Virus record (IMG/VR): IMGVR_UViG_3300012964_000003
Coordinates: 1-64,000 of that record
Source of the DNA: a virus
DNA length: 64,000 bases
Direction: 5' to 3' (one strand)
A program made the position numbers and the translations under genes. Below, in pieces: positions 1-8,938 of the stretch; the stretch's first letter is position 1; the number at the start of each line of letters is the position of its first letter. The notes beneath the pieces are model-generated. The model saw only the letters and a program-made list of their open reading frames with translations. It was not told where the DNA came from and did no database searches.

Positions 1-582
1 CTTGACTGCCTCTATGGGGAACAGTCTTGCAGCACCATATCCGGTCTTGTTCAGCATCTTGGCAGTCCGTTGTGCGTCCATCTTGTACATGCGCAGATTC
101 AGACAGTTGCCCTCTTCATCAAAGATGGGCACCGTATAGCGTTTGGAGACGCGGTCATACCCGACTCGGAATGTCTCGATGGTCTCTTGGGTCAAACCGC
201 GATGCTGCATCAGGTCCTTCAACAATGTTGGTGCCCGCAAGAGCTGTTGATGCAGCTCTTCGACCTCCTTGGGAGAGATGAACTCTGGCTTCTCCTTGCG
301 GGAGGAAGGTTTGCCTCCCGGTGTACCACCGTTGACAATCTTATCAACGGCGTCTTTGGCAATGGGGAATGGTACATTGTTGACACGCTTGTAGAACTCA
401 TACGCATCGCCACCTTCTTCACAGGTGAAGCATCGCCATTTGCCGGATTCAAGATTTACCGACATTGACTTGTGCTTCTCTTGCCCGCCTGAATGAAACG
501 GACAATTGACGGCTACTTCGTTGGCATCGTTGGGTCGCAACGATTTGAAGTAGCCAGCGTAGAGACTACGAAAGTCCCCCAT
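1..582 (-). CDS. DNA primase N-terminal region with a CHC2 zinc finger, DnaG-like; partial, 3' end lies beyond the window start
   Basis: Hand translation of the minus strand from ATG at 580-582 gives MGDFRSLYAGYFKSLRPNDANEVAVNCPFHSGGQEKHKSMSVNLESGKWRCFTCEEGGDAYEF... with no stop before position 1. CPFH...EK..S..V......W.CF.C is the classic CHC2 primase zinc-binding signature. Absent from the ORF track because it runs off the edge. Confidence 0.75.
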   Translation of the reverse strand, partial: MGDFRSLYAGYFKSLRPNDANEVAVNCPFHSGGQEKHKSMSVNLESGKWRCFTCEEGGDAYEFYKRVNNVPFPIAKDAVDKIVNGGTPGGKPSSRKEKPEFISPKEVEELHQQLLRAPTLLKDLMQHRGLTQETIETFRVGYDRVSKRYTVPIFDEEGNCLNLRMYKMDAQRTAKMLNKTGYGAARLFPIEAVK

Positions 583-609
583 TGCCCGGCCTTCTCCTCT
601 GAAGTCTTG

Positions 610-1083
610 TTACTTGGGCAGAGGCAGGCCTTGACTCACGGGCTTGGGTTTCTTAGCTGTAGCAGCAGGTGCTTCTGCTGATGCAGCTGTAGGCTCCGCC
701 GATTCGGGTGTGATGTAGTTGAGAATCTTGGCGCGCGGCTCACCTTGGTAGTTCTCGAGCTTGGTAGTTGCCTGAAGCTCAAGACCCATGATGTCTGCGC
801 CCTCGATGTTACAGTCTCCGTGGTCATCCAATCCGACCGCCTGGAGGAACTGCTTGATGCGCCAAAGTGCCTTGTCGCTGCCAAACACGAGATTCTCCCA
901 GACCTTTCGGCCTTCGTACTCACCCTCTGTGACAGTGAGAACGAGCGCAATCATGTCGTTCCCACCGGAAGAGATGGTGTCGTTGGCGTCCTCAACGATG
1001 AACTTGTACCGCCCTCGTGGAAGAGGTGGGCCGAAGTCGCGCGGAGTTGAATCGATGTCATCTAGCGATGGTACATATGGCAT
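610..1083 (-). CDS. phage protein, DUF669-like (commonly paired with AAA_24 ATPases in phage recombination/replication modules)
   Basis: 157-aa ORF with RBS GAAGGGAG upstream. Acidic, with an Ala/Pro-rich C-terminal tail. Family assignment is from memory of the DUF669 plus AAA_24 gene pairing, not from a search. Confidence 0.45.
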   Translation of the reverse strand: MPYVPSLDDIDSTPRDFGPPLPRGRYKFIVEDANDTISSGGNDMIALVLTVTEGEYEGRKVWENLVFGSDKALWRIKQFLQAVGLDDHGDCNIEGADIMGLELQATTKLENYQGEPRAKILNYITPESAEPTAASAEAPAATAKKPKPVSQGLPLPK

Positions 1084-1096
1084 GAATAGCTCCCTT

Positions 1097-2107
1097 CTAG
1101 CGAACGCGGTCGGGTTGCTGACTCTGCAGGTCTTTCATGAGTGCATCGATGTTGAAGAGCGGCAATGGCGCGCCGCCACCGCCAAAGTTCATCCAGGTGC
1201 CAGGAAAGTTCCCCTGCCATCTGCCTGCCAAGGTGGCCAAGACGTCTACTCGCCGAGATTCTAGGGACCTGGCACTGACAGTGCGTGCCAAGACGCGGTT
1301 CTGAAAGGCTTCCGCCTCTGCAACAACCTTCTTGGAGTTGGCCTCACCCTCAGCCAGCGTTATCTGCTTGAGCTTGGTCTGCTGGGCTATCTCAACGTCG
1401 CGCTTGGCTATCTCCAGCTGCTGCGTCTTCTGGGCCTTCTGCTCCAGCAAAGTGCGGAACTCTGGCTGGAAGTCCACATTGGAGATGACAATTGAGAAGA
1501 CCTCGAGATAGCGGTCCACGACTGGGCGCTGATTGAGCACATCCAATGCCTTGGTGCGGATGTCCTCACGCTTGGTGACGATGTCGGCAGCGACGTATTG
1601 CGGAATGACAGCCTTAAGTACCTGAACTGTCTCGGGTGTGAGTATCTTCTGCTCCAATGCGTCGCGTCCACCAACCTCCTGCCAGATGACATTCACCTTC
1701 TCTGGGAGGGGCCGGTAGGTTATCTGCAGCTTCACGAACACATCCTGCACATCACTTGAGGCTGCAGCGTTACCCTTGCCCATCTCAATTGGGACGGTGT
1801 GGCGCTGCACGTCATAGTCGTTGACGGATTCCACCAACGGGATGACCACCGACATGCCTTCTCCTAGCACACGCTGTTCTACACCGCGTGTTTGCGAGAA
1901 GACGACGCCTCGGTGGCCACCTGGGATGACCACAACGGCCATGACGAGAATGAACGAGACAATCAGGGTGCTGATGCTTATCAGGACCCAGCGCCCCATT
2001 CCCGGTTGAGCCCTACCTGTCTTCGGGTCGATGCGTCTCAAGACTTGGCTGACCGGGTACGCCACACAAAGAACGATGAATAGGGACTTCAGCAAGAAGA
2101 TAGCCAT
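1097..2107 (-). CDS. SPFH/band-7 (prohibitin/HflC-like) membrane protein
   Basis: N-terminal hydrophobic segment (MAIFLLKSLFIVLCVAYPV) followed by a PHB-like core (VIPGGHRGVVFS...GVEQRVLGEGMSVVIPLVESV) and a long coiled-coil C-terminus. Start trimmed to the MAIF Met, which lies 2 nt after the stop of the upstream gene. Confidence 0.7.
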   Translation of the reverse strand: MAIFLLKSLFIVLCVAYPVSQVLRRIDPKTGRAQPGMGRWVLISISTLIVSFILVMAVVVIPGGHRGVVFSQTRGVEQRVLGEGMSVVIPLVESVNDYDVQRHTVPIEMGKGNAAASSDVQDVFVKLQITYRPLPEKVNVIWQEVGGRDALEQKILTPETVQVLKAVIPQYVAADIVTKREDIRTKALDVLNQRPVVDRYLEVFSIVISNVDFQPEFRTLLEQKAQKTQQLEIAKRDVEIAQQTKLKQITLAEGEANSKKVVAEAEAFQNRVLARTVSARSLESRRVDVLATLAGRWQGNFPGTWMNFGGGGAPLPLFNIDALMKDLQSQQPDRVR

Positions 2108-2109
2108 GG

Positions 2110-2400
2110 CTAGGTTCCGCTGCCCGGATTCATCACCATTGGCATCAGGTCCACGAGAACCGTTGCACCGATGTTCTGACAAACGAACTGTTTCTCGCGG
2201 CTGGGCTCAAAGCTCATAGCCGCCGCGACCTCAGCCTCCGAGCGAGCAAACAGAATCTTGGCTTCGCTAACCTTGCCCGTCTTGAGGTCCACAGTTGCTG
2301 CCGCGTAGAACTGGTATGGCGTTGCCATGTTGTCCTCCTGTAGTTGCTGTTCAGCCTTCTTCTTGATACCTTGCGCCCATTTCTGAGGGCCAGTCATCAC
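2110..2400 (-). CDS. hypothetical protein, 96 aa, GTG start overlapping the stop of the upstream vWA gene
   Basis: ORF track. Its GTG start overlaps the upstream stop as GTGA. No recognisable motif. Confidence 0.4.
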   Translation of the reverse strand: MMTGPQKWAQGIKKKAEQQLQEDNMATPYQFYAAATVDLKTGKVSEAKILFARSEAEVAAAMSFEPSREKQFVCQNIGATVLVDLMPMVMNPGSGT

Positions 2401-3059
2401 GAGTCATCGTCCTTGACCACGCCGTCGTCATCTACAAGGTCACCATTGGAGAACAATTGGGCACCCACGACTCGTTCGCTTTGACTGCGATAGTTGGACA
2501 CGGCCTGCGAAGCGTAGGCCAGTGTGCCAACAAGGCTTTGGGCGGTGCCTGTTCCCCGAACAGTGTGCGTCGCGAAGGCATCACGCTGGCTCCAAGCCTC
2601 GGGGGCAACTCCGAGGTACATGACCTCAATCCCGCCGGAACGCGCCTTCTCTACCGTCGCTCGCATGGCTTCGTAACTCTTGCACTCACGAGAGGCATTC
2701 TCCTCGCCATCTGTCATGACGACCAAAATCGTCTTGCCATAAGTGTCGACATACTTGGCCAGTTGGCCAAGTGACTTGAGTGTTGCGTCGTACAAGGCCG
2801 TGCTGTCCCCGTCAGGCATAATGTCCTGACTGCCAGGTGCAGTGAAGTTTGCCACGGGAACTTCCTCTAGCCACTCAGTGTGCGTGCCTGGGCTGTCGAA
2901 CGTTGCGAATGTGACAAGGCACTCACCAGGTTGCTTGGCCTGGTCCTCAAAGAACTTGGCCAAAGAGGTCAGTGTCTCTGTCCAGCGACGGGCCATGCTT
3001 GCGCTCTTGTCAAGCAAGAAGTAGATGAGCGTGGCCTCTGGCTTGTTCTGGGGCATCAA
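2397..3059 (-). CDS. von Willebrand factor type A (vWA) domain protein
   Basis: MIDAS-like DxSxS motif (LLDKSASM) and VVMTDGEEN, typical of a vWA fold. Confidence 0.7.
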   Translation of the reverse strand: MMPQNKPEATLIYFLLDKSASMARRWTETLTSLAKFFEDQAKQPGECLVTFATFDSPGTHTEWLEEVPVANFTAPGSQDIMPDGDSTALYDATLKSLGQLAKYVDTYGKTILVVMTDGEENASRECKSYEAMRATVEKARSGGIEVMYLGVAPEAWSQRDAFATHTVRGTGTAQSLVGTLAYASQAVSNYRSQSERVVGAQLFSNGDLVDDDGVVKDDDS

Positions 3060-3787
3060 GCTTCCTCTCTCTCTTGCTTCTTCTTGAGTTCGTTGATGAT
3101 GTAGGGAATCGTGGGCTTCTGGACAACCGTACCAAGTGTACCAATACGCTCTCGAGCGATGTACTTACCCATCGGCTGCACGAGCAACATTCGCACCAGC
3201 TCGTTGTCGTCCTCTGGGTCCGTCTCTGTGTAGAGATACCCAAGGACGTCCATGATGCCAGGCAGAATGACCCCGAACTTGCCTTGAACCAACGGTCGAT
3301 AACTAACCTTCTTGGTGATGTCGTCCTTCACAACATCCACGAGCGCGGTCATGACCACATGCATGGGCAGATTGCGGAACCGCCGCAGAATGCGATTCAT
3401 GCGAACGAAAGACTTGCCCCACCCTTGTTGGTCAAGTACGTCAGGGTCAAGCGTGTCAGGTTTGCGCGCGAAGTTCTCTATCAAGAGGGCCTCATTGCAC
3501 AGATATTGAACCTCGCTGATGGAGTCAATGACAAGTGTCTCAAACCCGGTCCACCCTTTCGTTCCCGCCTGAAGATGGTCTAGTATCTCTTCAACGTCCG
3601 CCCAGCATTCTGCCTTTGCCACCGGAATCTGGCGATTCCGAATGGTCATGGTGCCACCCTCAACATCAACAAACAGAGGATTGGGTGCGGTCGCCGCAAG
3701 GTACGTCTTGCCAGCCCCCGGCTCGCCATAGACGAGAGCCTTGAGATACTTGGGTGTCTGGTCAAGGCGCTGAATCATTACAGTCAT
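3056..3787 (-). CDS. RecA-fold ATPase, AAA_24/Sak4-like
   Basis: Walker A motif YGEPGAGKT near the N-terminus and Walker B-like LVIDSISE. Size and placement next to a DUF669-like gene fit phage AAA_24 ATPases. Confidence 0.7.
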   Translation of the reverse strand: MTVMIQRLDQTPKYLKALVYGEPGAGKTYLAATAPNPLFVDVEGGTMTIRNRQIPVAKAECWADVEEILDHLQAGTKGWTGFETLVIDSISEVQYLCNEALLIENFARKPDTLDPDVLDQQGWGKSFVRMNRILRRFRNLPMHVVMTALVDVVKDDITKKVSYRPLVQGKFGVILPGIMDVLGYLYTETDPEDDNELVRMLLVQPMGKYIARERIGTLGTVVQKPTIPYIINELKKKQEREEA

Positions 3788-3839
3788 GCGTCACCCCCTT
3801 TCTGATACGACATCAACCAGCACTAGAAAGCCTTATCCA

Positions 3840-4178
3840 TCAGAGCCTCTTGCCTCCATGGCGGTACTCTCGCCCTTCGTTGTACCACATCTTCTGGCGA
3901 ATTGCGGCACTGAGGTCAATCTCATAGACGCCGCACATGTCTGCTATGCGAATGACTGCATCAGCCAGCTCTATTGGGATGCCACATGGCTTTCCGCTGG
4001 CATCGAACGTGACCATGGTCGGATGGTTACCCTCACGATAGGCCTCAAGAGCTTCACTCAACTCGCTGTGAATCAGGGCTATGATGTCCCCGTAACTTCG
4101 AAGCTCATCATGCCATCCGTGCTCGCTGGCACAACGAAAGGAGTCACGAATGAGTTGGTCAATGGTTATGTGGCCCAT
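3840..4178 (-). CDS. MazG-like nucleoside triphosphate pyrophosphohydrolase
   Basis: 112 aa, all-alpha. IALIHSELSEALEAYRE is typical of phage MazG / NTP-PPase. Confidence 0.6.
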   Translation of the reverse strand: MGHITIDQLIRDSFRCASEHGWHDELRSYGDIIALIHSELSEALEAYREGNHPTMVTFDASGKPCGIPIELADAVIRIADMCGVYEIDLSAAIRQKMWYNEGREYRHGGKRL

Positions 4179-4181
4179 TGC

Positions 4182-4556
4182 TCATCCCTTTTCGATGACA
4201 GAGAAACCAGCCGTTGCACGTATGGTTCGCGCGATGTAGTTGTGTTCGCGCGCGTGCCATATGAGAATGGAGACTTGAGGGCTGCGCCGCAGCGCCGCGA
4301 GCGCAGCCAGGACATTCAGAACAACAGACCCGGTGAGGACAAGAAAGTCGTGGGACTGAAACTCCTGCATGTTCTCGTCGAACATTCGTGCCAGCCGGTC
4401 TGTTTCAAAGACATTGACAGACCCCTCGGTCAAGAAGCGGAACGCCTCGTCGGGGTCGAGAGACGTGTATTCCAATGCGGGAGACAAGTTGTGCCCGGCA
4501 TAGTTGACAACCCAAAGACGGGCAGGGTTAGGCATTAGTGCTTCTCCTGGTGCCAC
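4182..4556 (-). CDS. hypothetical protein
   Basis: 124-aa ORF in the operon context. No motif recognised. Confidence 0.4.
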   Translation of the reverse strand: MAPGEALMPNPARLWVVNYAGHNLSPALEYTSLDPDEAFRFLTEGSVNVFETDRLARMFDENMQEFQSHDFLVLTGSVVLNVLAALAALRRSPQVSILIWHAREHNYIARTIRATAGFSVIEKG

Positions 4557-5014
4557 CGGTTGTAGGCTTCTTTTAGTGTGGGCCAGTAGCGACGAAGACT
4601 TGTCGGGCTATCTTGCTTGAAGACACCCCAACGCCCATCCCAGGTTTTCTTGACCTCCAGACGCTCTTCTGTACAACGGTCGAGCCATTCATACAGCTCA
4701 ACAGCTTCTTCAACCTTGCGGGACGTGATAGTGCGGGCCAGTGGATTGTGGTCGTTGTACTCAACTAGTATTGGGAGGCCAGAAGCTCGTAGAAGTGAGT
4801 AGACAGGACCACCCTGCCATTCATGTTCGTCAATGGACTCAATGGACCCTGCCATGATGTTCGCTGCCACACTGGGCACCCGTAGGGCACGCAAGAACAC
4901 CCATCCATTCTGCATATGGTGAGGCTTGAGGATGCGATGACGCTGTTGTCTTGGTTTGTTTAGGCGCTTTGCCCTGGCCACGGCTGGGTGTGGATGGGGT
5001 TGTTTCTTCTTCAT
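4535..5014 (-). CDS. hypothetical protein with a basic N-terminus
   Basis: Start trimmed to MKKKQPH, which has RBS GGAAGAGAGGGG. The longer track ORF overlaps the upstream nuclease gene. Confidence 0.45.
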   Translation of the reverse strand: MKKKQPHPHPAVARAKRLNKPRQQRHRILKPHHMQNGWVFLRALRVPSVAANIMAGSIESIDEHEWQGGPVYSLLRASGLPILVEYNDHNPLARTITSRKVEEAVELYEWLDRCTEERLEVKKTWDGRWGVFKQDSPTSLRRYWPTLKEAYNRWHQEKH

Positions 5015-6144
5015 GCTGCCGTACCCCTCTCTTCCGGTCGGGTGAACTGACTGTCGATGATGTAGGAGCAATCGTCGCCATCATAGGTGGCCCGGCACAG
5101 GTCCTTGTACGGACACTTCCACTCGCAGTCGCGCGAGACCGAACGATAGATGCGCTGCCGGTTGACCGCCAGGCGCATGTCTAGCAGTTCGTCGTACATC
5201 TGCAGGCCAGTGTTGGCCAGCTCAGTCTGGCTGCGATAGGTCTTGTGACGGTGGATGAAGCGGTCTGGCTGACTGCCTAGCCAATCCATGAATTCGGCAT
5301 ACTCTGGTAGTGGCATGTCCGTTTGCTCGTCATACACAGGAATGCCGTGTGTACGGGCCATTGCCTCCCATGCTGCAAGGTCTGTCACCTGGCCCCGGTC
5401 GATGCTCATCTTGCCCAGGGGATTCTTCTTGGAGACACCGACCGGTTCTTTGGGACGCGATACAGCCTTGATGAGTGTGTTGTAGTAGATGCCCGCAACT
5501 TCTTCCTCGCGTGTTTGCTGAACCGCCCAGGCGTAGCGGGTTATCTGGTCATCCATGTCGAGGGCAAACTCAGAGATTACCGAGGCTGCCGTCTTGTTCT
5601 CCCAGACCCAAAGCCGCCCATCGTTAGTCCGAACAAGCATGTCTATCTTGGCAGTGAAGATGCCGCGTGTTGCTCGACCGTCTGGCCGTAGAACCGGTAC
5701 CCGTAAGATGTGCTCCGTGGCAAGAACTTGGAAGTCATCGTGTTGGGCTGCGTAATCGCAGTAACGGTCCAGCATTGCCCCGCCAAGCGCCATATGTTCA
5801 TTCCAGGCCTGAAGGTAGTCGTCGTCCTTCAGTTCCTCAGGCACTCGCTTGAGTTGCCTGAGCATCGAGACTTGGAAGGCTTGCTGGGTGGCATCAAGTC
5901 GCTCATCACAGAGAAGGTCGGCGGCAGGCCCAACCGCCCAACCATAGAAGGCCTCTAGCCCTGCATGGATGGCCGTACCAAAGCTGAGGCGCATGTCCTC
6001 ACGCAAGGGACGCAGGCCAAGAACCACAGAGAAATACCAACGCAGCCGACAATCTCGGAAAGTTGATGCATCGGTGTAGGAGGTTCGGTGTCGGCGATGA
6101 GCCATGCGACCGTCCTTTCTTGTCTTGGTTGATTCCCGTGCCAA
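5011..6144 (-). CDS. PD-(D/E)xK nuclease, Cas4/RecB-like exonuclease with a C-terminal Cys cluster
   Basis: Motifs YTDASTFRDCRLRWYF, IDMLVR...WVWENKT (D..ExK), QITRYAWA, and a C-terminal CEWKCPYKDLC (Fe-S-type cysteines). The true start may be the internal Met near 6105. Confidence 0.7.
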   Translation of the reverse strand: MARESTKTRKDGRMAHRRHRTSYTDASTFRDCRLRWYFSVVLGLRPLREDMRLSFGTAIHAGLEAFYGWAVGPAADLLCDERLDATQQAFQVSMLRQLKRVPEELKDDDYLQAWNEHMALGGAMLDRYCDYAAQHDDFQVLATEHILRVPVLRPDGRATRGIFTAKIDMLVRTNDGRLWVWENKTAASVISEFALDMDDQITRYAWAVQQTREEEVAGIYYNTLIKAVSRPKEPVGVSKKNPLGKMSIDRGQVTDLAAWEAMARTHGIPVYDEQTDMPLPEYAEFMDWLGSQPDRFIHRHKTYRSQTELANTGLQMYDELLDMRLAVNRQRIYRSVSRDCEWKCPYKDLCRATYDGDDCSYIIDSQFTRPEERGTAA

Positions 6145-6272
6145 GTTTGCGGTGCTTGGTTTGGACTTTCAGCCGAAGACCCAGGACGGTCAGAATGACC
6201 CCAAGAGAATGACCCCAAGAGATTCGACCCGCGCTGCCAAGGACAAGTATCGCTCAGAGAAACCGAAAAAGC

Positions 6273-6339
6273 GCCCTGTGATGACAGGGTAAAGTCGAAT
6301 CCGCTGGTAACATTTACCCTGTCTTCACAGGGTAAAGTC
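6273..6339 (-). terminator. two tandem copies of the palindromic element CCCTGT-N4-ACAGGG-TAAAGTC; candidate intrinsic terminators and/or operator
   Basis: On the minus strand each forms a 6-bp hairpin followed by a U-rich run (copy 1: CGCUUUUUCGGUUU). A third, related copy lies at 22268-22288 and shares an AACCGAAAA(A/C)GC box. Confidence 0.4.
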
Positions 6340-6350
6340 TAAGGGCGTGG

Positions 6351-6587
6351 TTAAGCGAGCCGCTCGCGGCGTTTGTCAAACTCTACGAGCAGCTGTTCAG
6401 ATGTTGTATGCTCCATGTCAGCCGTTGAGCCATATGGCTCTGCCTTGCGGTCTGGCAAATGGACCAGTCCCATTCCACTCAGGTGCCCATAGTCCTCACC
6501 TGTCTTGATGAAGGACTTGGCCTCTAAGTAGGACGGGAAGGCCTCTACAAAGGAGACGTGATACGAGTCATAGACCGCATACCACAT
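6351..6587 (-). CDS. hypothetical protein
   Basis: 78-aa ORF, followed by two terminator-like palindromes. Confidence 0.45.
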   Translation of the reverse strand: MWYAVYDSYHVSFVEAFPSYLEAKSFIKTGEDYGHLSGMGLVHLPDRKAEPYGSTADMEHTTSEQLLVEFDKRRERLA

Positions 6588-6593
6588 GCGCTG

Positions 6594-8021
6594 TCACTCC
6601 TTCATCCGTCGCCTGAACAGTTCAACGACTTCTTGTAGCGGGTCACCTTGGGCCACTGCAATGCCTTGTGCGCGCAAACGGTTGACCTCCATGACGTCCT
6701 CGTCAATTGTACCTTCAGCTATGAGGGGAACAATCGTGACGGGACCGGACACCCCAGGGCGATGAGCACGCTTCCAGCCTTGCTCGTTCTCCGAGGGGAC
6801 ATAGGACAGGTCCAAGAAGACAACCACCGTGGCCCGCTGGAGGTTCAGGGCTGTGCCGGCTGCGCCTATCGTGGCAAGCAACACAGAAGGACCCCCCGTC
6901 ATGAAGTCCTCTTCAGCCGAAACGCGCCGTCTATCAGCCTCTTCGCCGGTTATGACATGCGTTGGCAACTTCTCCTCCTGCAGATATTGCTGTGCCAGAT
7001 ATGTGGACTCGGTCCACTTGCTGAATACCAAGACCGATTCCCCATTGGCCAAGTGGTCTTTGCAGAGACCTGCCAATGCTTGGAGCTTGGTGCTTCTGGC
7101 TCTTGCCTCTGGATTGAGAACCTGAAGGCCAATGGCCATCCGTTGCAACTTCTGCATTTGGGCTATCACGACACTAGCGGACACCAACTTGTCCTCTATG
7201 ACTGTTGCCATGAGCTGCTCCATCTGGCGATAGTTGGCCTCTTCTTCAGGACTCAGCTCGACATACAGTGGCTCGAAGATGAGTGGCGGCAGTTCTGGCA
7301 GATAGTCCTTGGCCAGTCGGCGAAGGAACATGGGGCCGAGGGTGTCAACAACGGACAGACCCGGTTTCTCACCCAAGATAAGTCGGTGGCCCCACTCATC
7401 GAAGCCTACGTTGCAGTAGGTCTCGACAAATCGCCAGTAGGACGTAAATACTCGTGGCTCTACAAACCGTAGTTGGCTCCACAGGTCAGGAACACCCTTG
7501 CGCATTGGTGTGCCGGTCAATGCCCACCTGTATGGTGCTCTCAAGAGATGTATGAGCTGTGACTTCTGGCTCTTGCGATTGCTCAGATGCTGGGCCGATT
7601 CGTCTGCAATGATGGCATCAAAATGCATCCGTCGGAACCCAGCCCGTATCAGGACCTCTACTACGCGCGGGCGAGACTCGTATCGTTCGACTTCCTTGCG
7701 GAAGAAGTTCGCGGCCAATGGCAAAAGTTGATGGCTCATCAGCACAACGTTCACTGATGGCTCAAGTAGTGCTTCAACTGCCATAGGAATGGCATCTATG
7801 ATGGCAACCGAAGCCTCTGGCCACCAAAGGCCACATTCCTTGAGCCAGTTCCGGCGCGCGTAACCAGGACACAGAACAAGGATGTGTTCTGTGCCCAGTT
7901 CCTTGGCTGCGACAAGAGCCTGAGCCGTCTTCCCTAGCCCCATCTCATCGCCCAGAAGGACCGTCTGATATTGCTTCAGATGCGCCACTCCAGCCTTCTG
8001 GTAAGACCGCAATTCTAGCAT
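6594..8021 (-). CDS. SNF2-family helicase (DEAD-like helicase N domain plus helicase C domain)
   Basis: Motif I LLGDEMGLGKT, DExx-type IIADESAQHL and a C-terminal helicase domain. Start trimmed to MLELRSYQ, which has RBS AAAGGAGGTG. Confidence 0.75.
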   Translation of the reverse strand: MLELRSYQKAGVAHLKQYQTVLLGDEMGLGKTAQALVAAKELGTEHILVLCPGYARRNWLKECGLWWPEASVAIIDAIPMAVEALLEPSVNVVLMSHQLLPLAANFFRKEVERYESRPRVVEVLIRAGFRRMHFDAIIADESAQHLSNRKSQKSQLIHLLRAPYRWALTGTPMRKGVPDLWSQLRFVEPRVFTSYWRFVETYCNVGFDEWGHRLILGEKPGLSVVDTLGPMFLRRLAKDYLPELPPLIFEPLYVELSPEEEANYRQMEQLMATVIEDKLVSASVVIAQMQKLQRMAIGLQVLNPEARARSTKLQALAGLCKDHLANGESVLVFSKWTESTYLAQQYLQEEKLPTHVITGEEADRRRVSAEEDFMTGGPSVLLATIGAAGTALNLQRATVVVFLDLSYVPSENEQGWKRAHRPGVSGPVTIVPLIAEGTIDEDVMEVNRLRAQGIAVAQGDPLQEVVELFRRRMKE

Positions 8022-8324
8022 TCTGACACCTCCTTTTGTCTCTCGGCGTTCCCCCAATGGAATGCATTGATGGGGTCATGTTGCGTTATGGTTTTGATGG
8101 TGTTCGCGCAGGCTAGGGGGTATTGCCGTCGACAACTGTTTCCGAAGTCGAAATCATCGCTTGGCTGTCACTGGCAACAAGCATCGCCTATCTGGGTCTG
8201 ACTCGACGACAGATTGCATCCGATGAGTCGGAACAATGGGGTTTCGAAGACCGATAACCGGTGGACACCCACCGCTTACCGGAATATTTTCCCCCCCAGG
8301 GGGGTCGCTAAGGCCCCATGTTTT

Positions 8325-8375
8325 TCTATCGTTATGGGAACGTACAATACGTTTTCGTAACGATAGAAAAACATG
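8325..8375 (-). terminator. nested perfect palindrome with 14-nt arms, TTTTTCTATCGTTA ... TAACGATAGAAAAA, containing an inner AACGTA/TACGTT palindrome; candidate bidirectional intrinsic terminator or protein-binding site in a ~500-bp non-coding gap
   Basis: Read directly. The arms include U/A runs on both sides. Lies 170 nt downstream of the 8552..8923 gene and upstream of the helicase operon. Confidence 0.4.
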
Positions 8376-8551
8376 ACCCCAAGAGCACACCCATGTAGAG
8401 AGGCAGGTAAACGGGTAAACGGTTGTACCAGCGGTTCTAGAATTCGGAAAATCGCCAGAATACCCCGTGGGGAATAATGTCATGACGGCCAAATCGGAGT
8501 CCAGTATCGCCATGACACTGGACTCCGATTTCTGGCCTGTTTCACTGGTCC

Positions 8552-8923
8552 CTACGCGGCCTTGTCGATGGGTGTCTGTCGCTTGGGCAGAGTCACGTTG
8601 TGACCCGCCAAGACTGTCTTGAATGTCTCACGCGACAGCTGCTTCACGGCAGGCCTGAGAGCCGCGTTGTACTCCTTCACGATGGCCTTGGCCACGTCGC
8701 GGTCCAACCCCAACTTGATGAAGGTCTTGATGGCCGCGATGGTGGGGAACTCCGGAACCGTATCCAGCCATGTCTCCACCTTGTCCAGATGGGCTCTGAG
8801 GTTGTACGGAAACCGGCCCCTGCGCCGTCCATCGTAGATGTCCGGGTTAGGCTTCTCCTGCTCCTTGGCGGGCGGAGTCTTCCCGGCCACGATGTCTCGT
8901 GCCTTACCCTTTGCGGTTGGCAT
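8552..8923 (-). CDS. hypothetical protein
   Basis: 123-aa ORF, basic, helix-rich. Confidence 0.5.
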   Translation of the reverse strand: MPTAKGKARDIVAGKTPPAKEQEKPNPDIYDGRRRGRFPYNLRAHLDKVETWLDTVPEFPTIAAIKTFIKLGLDRDVAKAIVKEYNAALRPAVKQLSRETFKTVLAGHNVTLPKRQTPIDKAA

Positions 8924-8938
8924 TGGTTGTCCTCTCTC

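Noticed and set aside
70-468. Plus-strand ORFs of 84 and 132 aa at the window start
   Set aside because: They are antisense to a clearly recognisable CHC2 primase reading frame on the minus strand. Their translations are compositionally odd.
8154-8513. 119-aa minus-strand ORF in the 8.1-8.5 kb gap
   Set aside because: It spans the large palindromes and the C7AG6 element and has no RBS. Its translation is low-complexity. It is more likely non-coding.
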